Shown: positions 36,801-46,209 of the stretch, in pieces
Numbering within the stretch: the first letter of the stretch is position 1
How the letters are laid out: each line of letters starts with the position of its first letter
From: Strigamia acuminata
Lineage: Eukaryota
Length of the DNA: 64,000 nt
NCBI GenBank assembly: GCA_949358305.1
Contig: OX442314.1
Span: 8,556,001-8,620,000 of the forward strand
Direction: 5' to 3'
Program-made: the position numbers and the translations under genes
Notes under the pieces: model-generated
Seen by the model: only the letters and a program-made list of their open reading frames with translations
Database searches by the model: none
Told to the model about the DNA's origin: nothing

Positions 36801-38151
36801 TAAGACGCTCGAACGAGCAAAACTTATATATTACTGGCCGAAGATGAATAAAGATACTCGCAATTACGTCCGAAGCTGTATTCATTGCCAGCAATACAAG
36901 CCCTGTCAACATAAAAAGCATAGAGCGAGTTACACTCCTCATAACATGTCTTACCCGTGGGAAGTAATCTGCATTGATTTAATGGGTCCCAAACCGACAG
37001 GAAGAAGCCAATACAGATTTGTATTAGTAATTATAGATCAATGTACTAAATGGGTAGAATTATTCCCTTTAAGTAAGGCATCTAGTGAATCTATTGTGAA
37101 TAGGTTAGGAGAAGTGATTCATAGATGGGGATACCCAAAGAAAATTGTTAGTGATAACGGGAGCCAATTCATATCCACGATTTATGAAGAATTTTGTAAA
37201 AAACACAACATCAGAATGGCTCATGTGAGTCCATATCACGCTCAGGCCAATCCTACGGAAAGGGCCAATAGAGACATCAAAATAATGCTGGCTCTTTATT
37301 CAGACATTCACTCCCATTGGCCGAGATTCTTAAACGAATTTGCATTTGCCTCGAGAACGGCTAAATCAGAAGCTACAGGCGCAACGCCATTCTTATTGAA
37401 CACAGGAAGAAATGTACCTCTTCCCTTTGATCCTCGGATCATCCAACATGCAAATGCATTTGACAAGAATAACCCGGAAGAATACGTATATAATTTACTT
37501 GGAATTTTACGTAGAGCACATCAAGAGATGCATTTGCGTATTCAAGCAAATTATGAGAGACACGACAAGATTCACAGAAATAAATTTCACATTTGTGAAT
37601 ATACTGTCGGTGATTTGGTATGGAAAGCCACTCACATCCTTTCAAATAAAGAGAAAGGAATTACTAAAGGTTTCGCCGAGAAACGAGATGGACCGTGGGA
37701 AATTACGGAAGTTTTACCTGGAGGTGCTTATAAGTTGAGAAAATTAGTTGATGGATCAATAGAACCATCCATAAATACTGATGATCTCTCACCTTATATC
37801 CCATCTTACCCGATTGAGACTTGGACACTCGACCAAAAGAGTGGAAGAGTAGAGAATCACCCAAACCCTGATTGGATGAACGAAAGTTCAACCGTAAATA
37901 ATTCAAGTGAATTAAATAATCAAGAATTAGGAAATAATTCTGCTAATATGGAATTAGATCCCGAAGAAGTTACAACACCCGCTTCAAAAGAAAGCGACAT
38001 CGTAGTTAATAATCCAAAACATGATTATAACCTTAGGAAAAGGAAAAGAAGTTGTGAACTTTCACAACTGCAACCTCGTACGAAGCGAATTTCTACGACA
38101 GATCAAGAATGCACAACAGATTTTATACATTTGATTCAAGATCGCCGCTAG
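33856..38151 (+). CDS. Pol (PR-RT-RNase H-IN), expressed by frameshift
   Basis: MDSGAT; MPFGL..YLDD; TDAS; HGHPLSGH..CIHC; IDLMG / SDNGSQF / TERANR; GPW motif. Confidence 0.97.
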   Translation, partial: LVAGVLEPPINNSEGILPPDLEQALSETLDNLTIQDKEIKRARPNRKTRKRNWNYKFKIASNTPFSAEETANPFLNFHDDLFSLDKGDESLARLIQDTSNLNIRDESTSSSGGVFENLQSMIDNLNPDSKSSRFARLKSYINESQLKRKDGIERINKLGNHIDDPRMKITIGGLTYNALMDSGATQCFIGLQLLSKTCASPDFIQDCPKHMRVCAVGVTHIPLGQITLCVQWADGAEFTPINFIILDNNVCGLIIGHNFMRRTKINLNPARAVFTCDSKSDWTAPYETDELNCNLARVQVLTDNTTATHTPDNWEELLVKDCDCSDEEKSKLREVIASVKNVFRDKVGCTNIIKHKITFKKDVTWKKQPFRMYNPAKIAIMTKLVEELEADNLIERATGPYISHPVIVAKPNGTYRLCIDYRWLNAITEINAIQMPSIDLLLHNTNQAKYFTSLDLTKGYYQVEMDEEDRQKTAFYTPKGNYQFVRMPFGLCNAPCTFQFLMERVMGEALYKHALVYLDDVIIFSTTWEKHLEHIKDVLERLDKANLSVNKEKSKFGKTTLKFLGHLITPTGLAPDPDKIVSVRKYPTPKNSKDIQRFHGLSNFFWKFIPEHAKIARPLTSMMHDKAVFEWGDEQEKAFETIKNILCDETQVLLMPDMMKPFVILTDASHDGLGSVLCQDVEFFDEGKREMIMTPRPVAYASRVLRGAEVRYSTPELECLAVVWAVDKFRPYIEYTTFTLESDAEALKWLMGTPEPSGRFGRWAIKLQCGAFKIKYRRGTQNQVADAFSRAPLEIEDIPENDYCEPIEITQFWPEWDGNREIIRRNNREDCQFLTNVQLHFDYSKLLYNTLEKGEKMDEATEETLFSALTEVLKEVPPTREEIIKAQLADKECRIIIDHLKRDEIEQRKFKKTKEWMKAVQGYQLDFQEENGNEMLIYFKPTFEEELNDSGNGFKAVIPPSLVRRVLFACHGHPLSGHAGMSKTLERAKLIYYWPKMNKDTRNYVRSCIHCQQYKPCQHKKHRASYTPHNMSYPWEVICIDLMGPKPTGRSQYRFVLVIIDQCTKWVELFPLSKASSESIVNRLGEVIHRWGYPKKIVSDNGSQFISTIYEEFCKKHNIRMAHVSPYHAQANPTERANRDIKIMLALYSDIHSHWPRFLNEFAFASRTAKSEATGATPFLLNTGRNVPLPFDPRIIQHANAFDKNNPEEYVYNLLGILRRAHQEMHLRIQANYERHDKIHRNKFHICEYTVGDLVWKATHILSNKEKGITKGFAEKRDGPWEITEVLPGGAYKLRKLVDGSIEPSINTDDLSPYIPSYPIETWTLDQKSGRVENHPNPDWMNESSTVNNSSELNNQELGNNSANMELDPEEVTTPASKESDIVVNNPKHDYNLRKRKRSCELSQLQPRTKRISTTDQECTTDFIHLIQDRR

Positions 38152-38976
38152 TGATAGCGTATTTTTTTTAAAAAAAAAAAAAAAAATAAAAAATTTAAAA
38201 AAGATAAAAAATCGGGTCACTTTTGACCCACAAATTAGTCATGGTTAAATCATAAACCTATAGGAGAATATGGTGAAAATACCCCGGGTAGAGAGTAGAG
38301 GATTTGTTCTCTCACAAGCTTCACACACATGTGCGAGTCAACTTTGACACCTGCGTCGATAGAAAAGTTCGTCGCGATTTCTTTCAAGAAAACCTCGAGA
38401 TTCGTGGTAAGACTCATGTATTACCAGTAAACTCGGAAATTATGTGTCAGGACTTAATGTTATAATCCTTTCATGATAGAAAAGGACGAGAGAAAACTTC
38501 GGTGATTAATTTCGTCTGAAAGAGACGAACACGTGACTTCGGCGTGAAGAAGAAAATTTCTCCTTCGAGAAAATTCGAAATATCATCACGACAGTTCAAC
38601 GTTTACTAGAGTGTTACGTGTAAGTAATGATAAATTTAATATATCAAGAGATATTCACGGCTATTTTATATATAAAATTAGGATTTCTACGTTGGCGGAG
38701 AACACCTTCGCTAAAAACAACGAGTTTTGTCAATTAGAAAATCGGCACCACATCATTTTGAATACTTAAGTGGATTCCGGAGATTCCTAGTGTAAGTATT
38801 CTAAAGATAATTCTATCGAATATTACGAATAGTAAAAAAGCCGCACGTAAAATCCCGATATAAAAATATATCGAAACCATCGATAAAGGTGATAAATTTT
38901 CACGATAGATGGCGGTATAAATTTTGTTAAATAAATCGTATTGATAAGATTCTCTATATTATTTTCTCTAGAAAAA

Positions 38977-40653
38977 ATGGGAAAAAAGATCGAAAAAAAG
39001 AGAAAATACGTGTTGGTCGAATCCTCTTCCTCCGATGAAGAAGTAACGGCACCTCCTTCGGCCGCTGCCGTATTCGTAGAAGGGTGTCCCAAAACACCCG
39101 TGATTATCAACGCCAGAGGCTGGGATATTTTGAGTTGGGCTCGCCAACATCCCGAATTGCTCCCCGCTGAGCTTGGTCCACCCGGAACCCCCACGTTACA
39201 GGAGGAACCGGCCAAAAAAGAATCAACGGCGAAGCCATTTGTTATTCCAAAGATAAAAGCGGATGATTTCGCCAGAAATAATCCGCCAATTGCAAAAAAC
39301 CAGCCAAGTACCAGTAAACCGCGAAAGGTGGAAATTGTGTACAACCGAGTCAAGTCGCCCGAACGAAGAAGGAAATCCCCACCAATGGAAGCTAAACGCC
39401 GCCGAAATTCGGAAGACGCTACACCTTCCTCTTGTACTGGCCAAGAGCGTCCAAAAAGAGAATACGTTAGATTTAACGATTCACCAGACCGAGACCGGGA
39501 AAAAAGGTCGTATTCCTCCTACCGAAGGTCCGACCAACCTAGGAATAGGCCAAATACCAGCGCATGGTCAGATCGCCAAAAGTTGGCAAATAAAGTTCGT
39601 CAGATCCAGAAAAGACGGGACCAGTGTAAACAAGATTCAGAGAACGGCAAACCACATGACAATATGGTACTCTCGAAGGACGAAGTGCCATGTCCTTTTT
39701 GTTCCGCCGTCGGGTGGGTCTCGGGATCGGGAACCGGAGGCCACCTGGCGCAATGTTCCAATTGCGAGGGCACAAAGAAGCGGCCCAAAGGCCAACCTTG
39801 GCGCCCCAGCTTTCTGCCGTTTGTGGTCATGGGAATTCACCCTCCCCCGGCCAGGTTGTGGGCAACTTGCCCGGAGTGTAAAATTGTCCTCTCCAGTGAC
39901 GGAAGATCGCCGTACATCAGCCCGGAGTTCTTGAACGCCATAACCACTCCACTAGGAAGGGAAATGCAAGATCTGAGAATTCCGCCAGAAGCTCTAGAGA
40001 GTTCCCGAAAACCACAGAGTACGACAGTCATCGATAAAGGATGTCAAACGGTATCCAAGGAGAACGAAAAAGAAGCCGAAAATGAACTTCTTGTGGAACC
40101 CTTTTTCCCTCCACCAGGAGCGAAAATAGCGCATCTATTCGAATACGAAGTGAGCTACTATTTTCCGACGCTTTTTAGAATTGCCGAGAAAATCACGGAA
40201 CAAATGCGCTCAGACTCTACCGATCCCTCGAATATCAATTATGCTGTCCATGTGATGAAATTGATATTTAACGCCAATCGAGGCGAATCTTTTGCTGTGC
40301 TGGAGCACATATGGACACTGTTAATTGACAGAGTCAACACCGACGGAAAAGGATTAATAAACCCTTCATGGTTCTACGGACTCCCCTGCATTGCGGAGAT
40401 ATACGACGCTTCGAAGAAGGCTATTGAAGAAAGTTATGAGTTAGTTGAGAAGACTCCAGAATATGAACCAAGGTCTCCGGAGTACGCGCCGAAATCTCCA
40501 CCCGCAGAAGATATAGGTGAAGAACCCAATTTCGTCATCGACCGAAGACCAGCGGAATTTCTTCCCCTAGAAAAGTCCGAAGTCGGTGAGTCCAGTGAGA
40601 CTCTTAAGAAAGAGAGTGAAGGATCGGAGTCTGATGAAGAAGAAGTCAAGTGA
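38977..40653 (+). CDS. ORF3 of unknown function (558 aa), not env-like
   Basis: Long open frame between pol and the 3' LTR; KKRK NLS-like start; R/S/P-rich region; three CxxC motifs; acidic tail; no signal peptide or TM segment. Confidence 0.85.
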   Translation: MGKKIEKKRKYVLVESSSSDEEVTAPPSAAAVFVEGCPKTPVIINARGWDILSWARQHPELLPAELGPPGTPTLQEEPAKKESTAKPFVIPKIKADDFARNNPPIAKNQPSTSKPRKVEIVYNRVKSPERRRKSPPMEAKRRRNSEDATPSSCTGQERPKREYVRFNDSPDRDREKRSYSSYRRSDQPRNRPNTSAWSDRQKLANKVRQIQKRRDQCKQDSENGKPHDNMVLSKDEVPCPFCSAVGWVSGSGTGGHLAQCSNCEGTKKRPKGQPWRPSFLPFVVMGIHPPPARLWATCPECKIVLSSDGRSPYISPEFLNAITTPLGREMQDLRIPPEALESSRKPQSTTVIDKGCQTVSKENEKEAENELLVEPFFPPPGAKIAHLFEYEVSYYFPTLFRIAEKITEQMRSDSTDPSNINYAVHVMKLIFNANRGESFAVLEHIWTLLIDRVNTDGKGLINPSWFYGLPCIAEIYDASKKAIEESYELVEKTPEYEPRSPEYAPKSPPAEDIGEEPNFVIDRRPAEFLPLEKSEVGESSETLKKESEGSESDEEEVK

Positions 40654-43600
40654 CTCGCGGAGTTAATTTTCGAATTTAAAAGAATTTAAGGAAAAAATGT
40701 TAGAATTAACGAAAAACTCAAAAGTATTCTGTTTAGTATTTAAATAAGCATTTTGTGATATGAAAAGTCATGTTTTAAAAGGAAATCAAGAGATGATCCT
40801 AAAAAAGAATAATTTTTTTAATATTCATTAATGAAAAGCTAAAAAGAAATAATTTACCAAAAAATTATGTTAAAATTCCCGTTATTTGAAATAATAATTG
40901 TGTGAAGAAATGAGGCTAAGTGTTGTAAAGTTCCAAGTTTGTTTTATTGTAACCAAATAATATTTTATTCTTGATAATTCATTAAAAAAGAATTGTTGCG
41001 CACATCAGAAATATGAAATTTATTTTGAGTCACCCGCATACGCACTCAGCTGTTCGGGATGAAAAAAGTCCTGTTTTGAGATATTAATAAAATCATTTCG
41101 CAAGAATAACATAAACTTATGAATAAAATTTATAAGTTGAGTAATTAAGGGGGATGTATGACGGTTTATAAGTGCTATTTATTAATAACACGGCCGAATT
41201 TTAAGTGTTTTTTACGTGAAACCCGCACCTGTCAATGCTCCGAGTCGCCACTAGATGGCGCGATTATAATTCAGCGGTAAATTCGAATTGCGAGTTAAGA
41301 AAACTGGTAAATAAATATAAGAATATATTTATTTGTATGAAACGACACTTTATTAGGATTAATGTAAATATATATTAATAATTATTGTTCACACTAAGTG
41401 ATGGGAATCTCTAGTTCAGCAGAAATGGAGATTTGATAATCCATCGATCAACCGATCGATGTGATTGGTGGATCCATTTCCGGTCCTGGGTATCCAGTTC
41501 CGGTTGTGGTGTGAATTAGCATATTGCTCCTCCGTATCCACTTCCGGCGATACGGGATTGGAGGGATTCGTGGAACCCATGTTCCAATTGGTTGATTGGA
41601 TTAATCTCTAATCCAGTCAGGTTATATAAACCCAAACAACCGGCCATCCGGCAGCTCTGTTTGATTATTTCTGTTTGGTATTGTTACTTAAGAAATATGA
41701 TTCGTTGTTCACGTGGAAGACCGTTTAGTTCTTTGGTTCTTTGTTGATTCGTTCGCAAAGAACCGCGGCATGATTCTACCGAATCATGCAACCACCGGCA
41801 ATTGAAGCCGACGTATTGGATTGTTATGTTGCATACATGTTTCAATTTACGGTCTCGCCGAGGAGAACTTGCCTTCTGTGCATTTCAGTATCCTCCGGGC
41901 AGGACTGAGTGGTCATTTTCGGTATGAACGCATTCCGTAACCGTGAGTAAGCACCGGAACTGTTGAGAGTTGGTTCCTTCACCTGATGGTGCCAAAGCAG
42001 TCTGTTTTACAGTAACCACGAGTAGCACCAAGTGTTTGGCAAGCTGATTCTCATGGTATTCGGTGCCAAAGTAGTCGGTTTGTTATTAGTACCGCGAAGG
42101 GCTAAACTGCTGTGCGGAGCCGCAAGCTATCGACTCCTGTGTACGTGATACCGTCAATCGCTAGACGAACGACCGTGTTGCGACGCAGGGGACGCTTGAT
42201 ACCGTTCTGCATGGCAAGGCGTATTCTCTATCGACGGCAATTGTGTGTTGCGACGGGAAGTCTAATATGTTTCTCTTCATTTGTAAACAGAACAATATTA
42301 ACTTGACGACAAGTTAATGAATCAAGTCAGAAGACTTAACCTCGATTACATTAACAACTCAAATGTGACAAATAAGTTGACAACAACTTATCGGCGAAAT
42401 ATCTGAATAAGAACAAGTTTCACAACTCCAATGAATTAAATATAATTCATAAGTGGAATATTGATAAGTAAATGAATACATTTACTTAAACCAATATCCT
42501 CCCAAAGTTGTGGCGGTGCAGACAAAGTCAACCGCAATGCTCAGATCATTCGATTTATCGACGTGCGATAATTTACACAGCGAACCAAGGAAACCAGCGA
42601 AGCCATATCGGACTCCAGGACACAGCCATCCGGCTTAGATGACATCTGTAAACCAGGTCGAGCGATGGGGAAACCGCTCCCTTATCCCAGACCCGTAGTG
42701 ATATTATTCTAGGGCCAGTTGGCTAATTCTTTGTATAGTTTAATAGCTGATTTAACTTGCCAAATGTTGGCATTAGTCTTATGTATAACCTCAGCTCCCT
42801 TTTCCTATTGTTTACCGACAATAAACTGTCTTGTATTTATCTCTAGGATTATATTCACTGTGTTATTATATTTGCGATCTATTCCCAGTACCATTGTTAA
42901 ATGGGAGTTGTGGTCGTCACCGTCACACGAACTGTAAGCAACAAGCCGCATTTATTTAACGTGGCCAATCCACGTTAGAATAAATATCCGAATCTATCGT
43001 TTAATTCGCACGAAGCGAATTCCCGCGTGTTTGTTCGAAACACGTGTCAACCGAACATAATTTCGGGACTAATCCACGATCGATACGAATCGCCAATCGA
43101 TCGCCGAAGAAAATCACGTACGCCACGTGTTCCGCAAGACGTATTCCACACGAAACGGATCTCGTTTAGTTTGGGCTCACCGAACGCATTGGCGAAAGAA
43201 TTCTGCGCACCACGCGTACGGAACAAGACGGATTCAGTTTGGATTCAACCTAACACTTTGGCGGTAATTAACACGCGCGCCACGCGTCCCAAACGAAGTA
43301 GGCCTCGTTTGATTTCACATCCAAACTGCTAAGCGAATTGAGACTGACTCGATTCGCGAAGTGTAAAAAATATAACCCTAGACAACAACAGAAGCCACGT
43401 GTAAGTCTAAACAATTGAGGGCTAATTGTTTAGCAACAACTCGTATTCGCAACAGGATCCGAGACCATCAATCATTCACCTATTAATTGTATTGGAACAT
43501 TTGTAAGTGTTTAATAAAGTGTATTATTTGTCCCGACAAAGTATTTGTATTTCTTAACCACAAAGTCGAATCACGACAAACCCGGCGTCAGTTTGGCCAG

Positions 43601-46054
43601 TTTAGCGATGTCCACGTCGGGGTCGAGTTTGAGCGGTCGACACAACAGCGTCAAAATCCTCGTGCGAGCCGCTTCGTTGGGGATGGGCACGTTCACTTCG
43701 AACTCGAAACGGCCGCCCCGGCGCAACGATCCGTCGATCGAGTCGGGATAATTGGCCGTGGCGAGCACGAGGACTTGATGTTCAGCGTCTTGGTGGTCCA
43801 AACCTAAAAGAAAAGACCCGGAAACAAAATTCATTCGTTGAATTATAAATTTTTGGATTTTTGTTTAATATGGCGGACCGTCCATGCAAGTTGCGAATTG
43901 CGTAACGAGGCGACCTTCCATTGCCTTTTCGGCCGATTCTCGTTTTCGCATTACGGAGTCGATTTCGTCGATGAAGAGGACGCAGGGGGCGATCGAGACG
44001 GCTTTTTCAAAGATGCCGCAGATTCTTTCTTCTGATTCGCCGGATATTCCTGCCACTAGCTCGGTTGCAGCGATTTGGATGATGGGGATGTTGAGTTCCT
44101 GTGGAATTTAAAGTTGTGGTGTGTTAGGAATTGTTTGTTTGTGAGGGATGATGGGGAATTACTCCGGCGATGGCGTTGGCCAGCATCGTTTTGCCGCAGC
44201 CGGGGCGCCCGTACAGGAGAATGCCGCGTGGACGTTCGCTGTTCAATCTGGAATGGACTTTTGGATATTTTAGGTGGCCGATTAGGTCTTCGACGAGATG
44301 AAATTAAGAAAACGTCATAAAATTAAGAAAAATGAAGAGAAAGTGAGTAAAATTTAACAAAATTAAAAAAAATATTACAAAATTTTGTCAAAACCTATCA
44401 AAAATTGGACAAAAAAAATCAAGAAAATGTGAAAAAAATGTCCAAAAATACAAACATTTACGATGATTCGATACAAATGGCCAAAAAAAAAACCAAAATA
44501 AGCAAATAATTAACCAAAGTTAACAAATAATTCACTAAAATCGAAAAATGATTCACCAAAATCGAAAAATCATTGACAATAATTGATAAAATGTGACGGA
44601 AATTTAAAAAAGTATCAAAATATTTATATTTACGCTGATGATTGATTCAAATCCGGCCATATCGGCAAACGTCACGGTCGACTGTTTAACAGAACCATCT
44701 AAAAAGTAAAGCAAAAAAAAAAAATCCCGTTTAATTTTTCTTCATAATTTCATTTTCTGATAAATCAAATCACTGTCACCTTTCTTCAGTTTCGCTTTGT
44801 GCTCTGTCGGTGTCTCAATTTTCCTCCTTTTCCGCTTTTTACTTCCACCTTCGACCAACTGCACCTCGTTCTCCTCTCTAACCGACGTGTTTTGGTTGGA
44901 TTTACTCGCATACAATTTACGCAAACTCTTGTTAATTATATTATTGTCCTCCACTTCAACGTAATTCTCGTTATCGGATGAAAAATCGGGCGAAGGCACA
45001 TCTCCACCGCTGTATTAAAATAAAAACAAATCAAACACCATTTTTAAAACGGAATTCTGTCACGGTCCAGGTTTTCACGCGTTAAATAATACGCGCTTTT
45101 CCCTGTTTGTAGAATTCTAATTGTTGTATTTTGTTTGCTAAAATAACCCTAAACTTAGCCCAATTCCTAACCTTGTATTTGTTTATTTCACATCCTCATT
45201 TGTGTTTGTTTTCCTTTAGTTTCTCCTAACTTTTCCTATTCTGTCTTATTTTCACTTGCTCTTTCCTGTCTTTTCTATTTCTGTTCTTTTTCTGTCCGCT
45301 TCCTACTTTGCATATCAGCTGATTCGGTGTGTTGTCATGAGTCATGCTCATTAAGCATGCACCAAAGCACCGGATTGGTTGGTTAGCTCTTCTGTGATTG
45401 GTTTAAACTTGGCCCAGTCTATTCTGGACCAAGTTTACCTCTCACCCTTTTTTCCCACTGCCTAGGGAGTTGTGCTTTGAGCTTTGGAAGCATAAGAGCT
45501 CTTTTGAGCCGGCAACCTCAGAATGCCTGCACAACTCACTAGGGAGCTGCCACTAAGCTATCCCTTGCCCTGTTGACCTGAAACATGGTCACAGGCTTTT
45601 TCCATCATCATACGTGATTAAATTCACGGTTTTATCCATTCGAATTTCCTTTGCTTTTCCTCTTTATTTGATTTTAACACCGTGATACGCCGTTTGGGGC
45701 CAGAATGAGATTCATTTGCGCCATGAGTTTGTGTGTTTTGGTTCCTTGCGTGAGCAGCGCGGTAATTAGCCCGGTTTGGCCGCCCTGCCTTTTTGGGGCT
45801 TTAGCCTAACTTGGCATTGGTTGGATTTTAGATGTGTTTGGGCAGCCGTACGTGCCAATTAGTACGCGTTAGCGCTCATTTCTCGTCGAGATTCAACAGC
45901 GAGGCGGACGCTGACGCATCGGGATAATACGCGAGTTCTCTTTGTTATTCATTCCGGCAATTGTTAAGCACTGCTTGGCATTATCGACTCGTCGGGATTC
46001 TACGCGTTCCCTTTGAGTTTCGTGTTGTTTCCGAGTTGGAACGAAGCGTGTTCC

Positions 46055-46209
46055 CGTTTAACTTCGTGTTTGCACGATATGTTGCGGGTTGCTCTCGTTT
46101 AACTTCGTGTTTGCACGATATGTTGCGGGTTGCTCTCGTTTAACTTCGTGTTTGCACGATATGTTGCGGGTTGCTCTCGTTTAACTTCGTGTTTATACGA
46201 TATGTTGCG
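46055..46209. repeat. 41-bp tandem repeat (~3.7 copies) in the LTR; also at ~53673-53827
   Basis: Unit GTTTAACTTCGTGTTTGCACGATATGTTGCGGGTTGCTCTC. Confidence 0.9.

Larger units (their letters stand above)
28762..42929 (+). mobile_element. Autonomous Ty3/gypsy LTR retrotransposon with long LTRs and an extra ORF
   Basis: LTRs 28762-30532 (lacks the first TG) and 41155-42927 (1773 bp), no differences seen by eye; PBS TGGAGGTCCCACCGAGAT (tRNA-Gln type) 30535-30552; PPT AAGGGGGA; gag, pol and ORF3 intact. Confidence 0.97.
24100..43578 (+). mobile_element. Gag-only non-autonomous Ty3/gypsy LTR element (host of a nested insertion)
   Basis: 5' LTR 24100-25036 (937 bp); 3' LTR split into 28472-28761 and 42932-43578; TGTGGTGATTC...GAATCACGACA ends; TSD AACC; PBS TGGGGGTCTGTCCGGGAT (tRNA-Pro-like, 3 mismatches) at 25039-25056; PPT GGGGAGGGA. 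Confidence 0.95.

Noticed and set aside
38977..40653. ORF3 as an env gene
   Set aside because: No signal peptide or C-terminal TM segment; the protein is hydrophilic and NLS-like.
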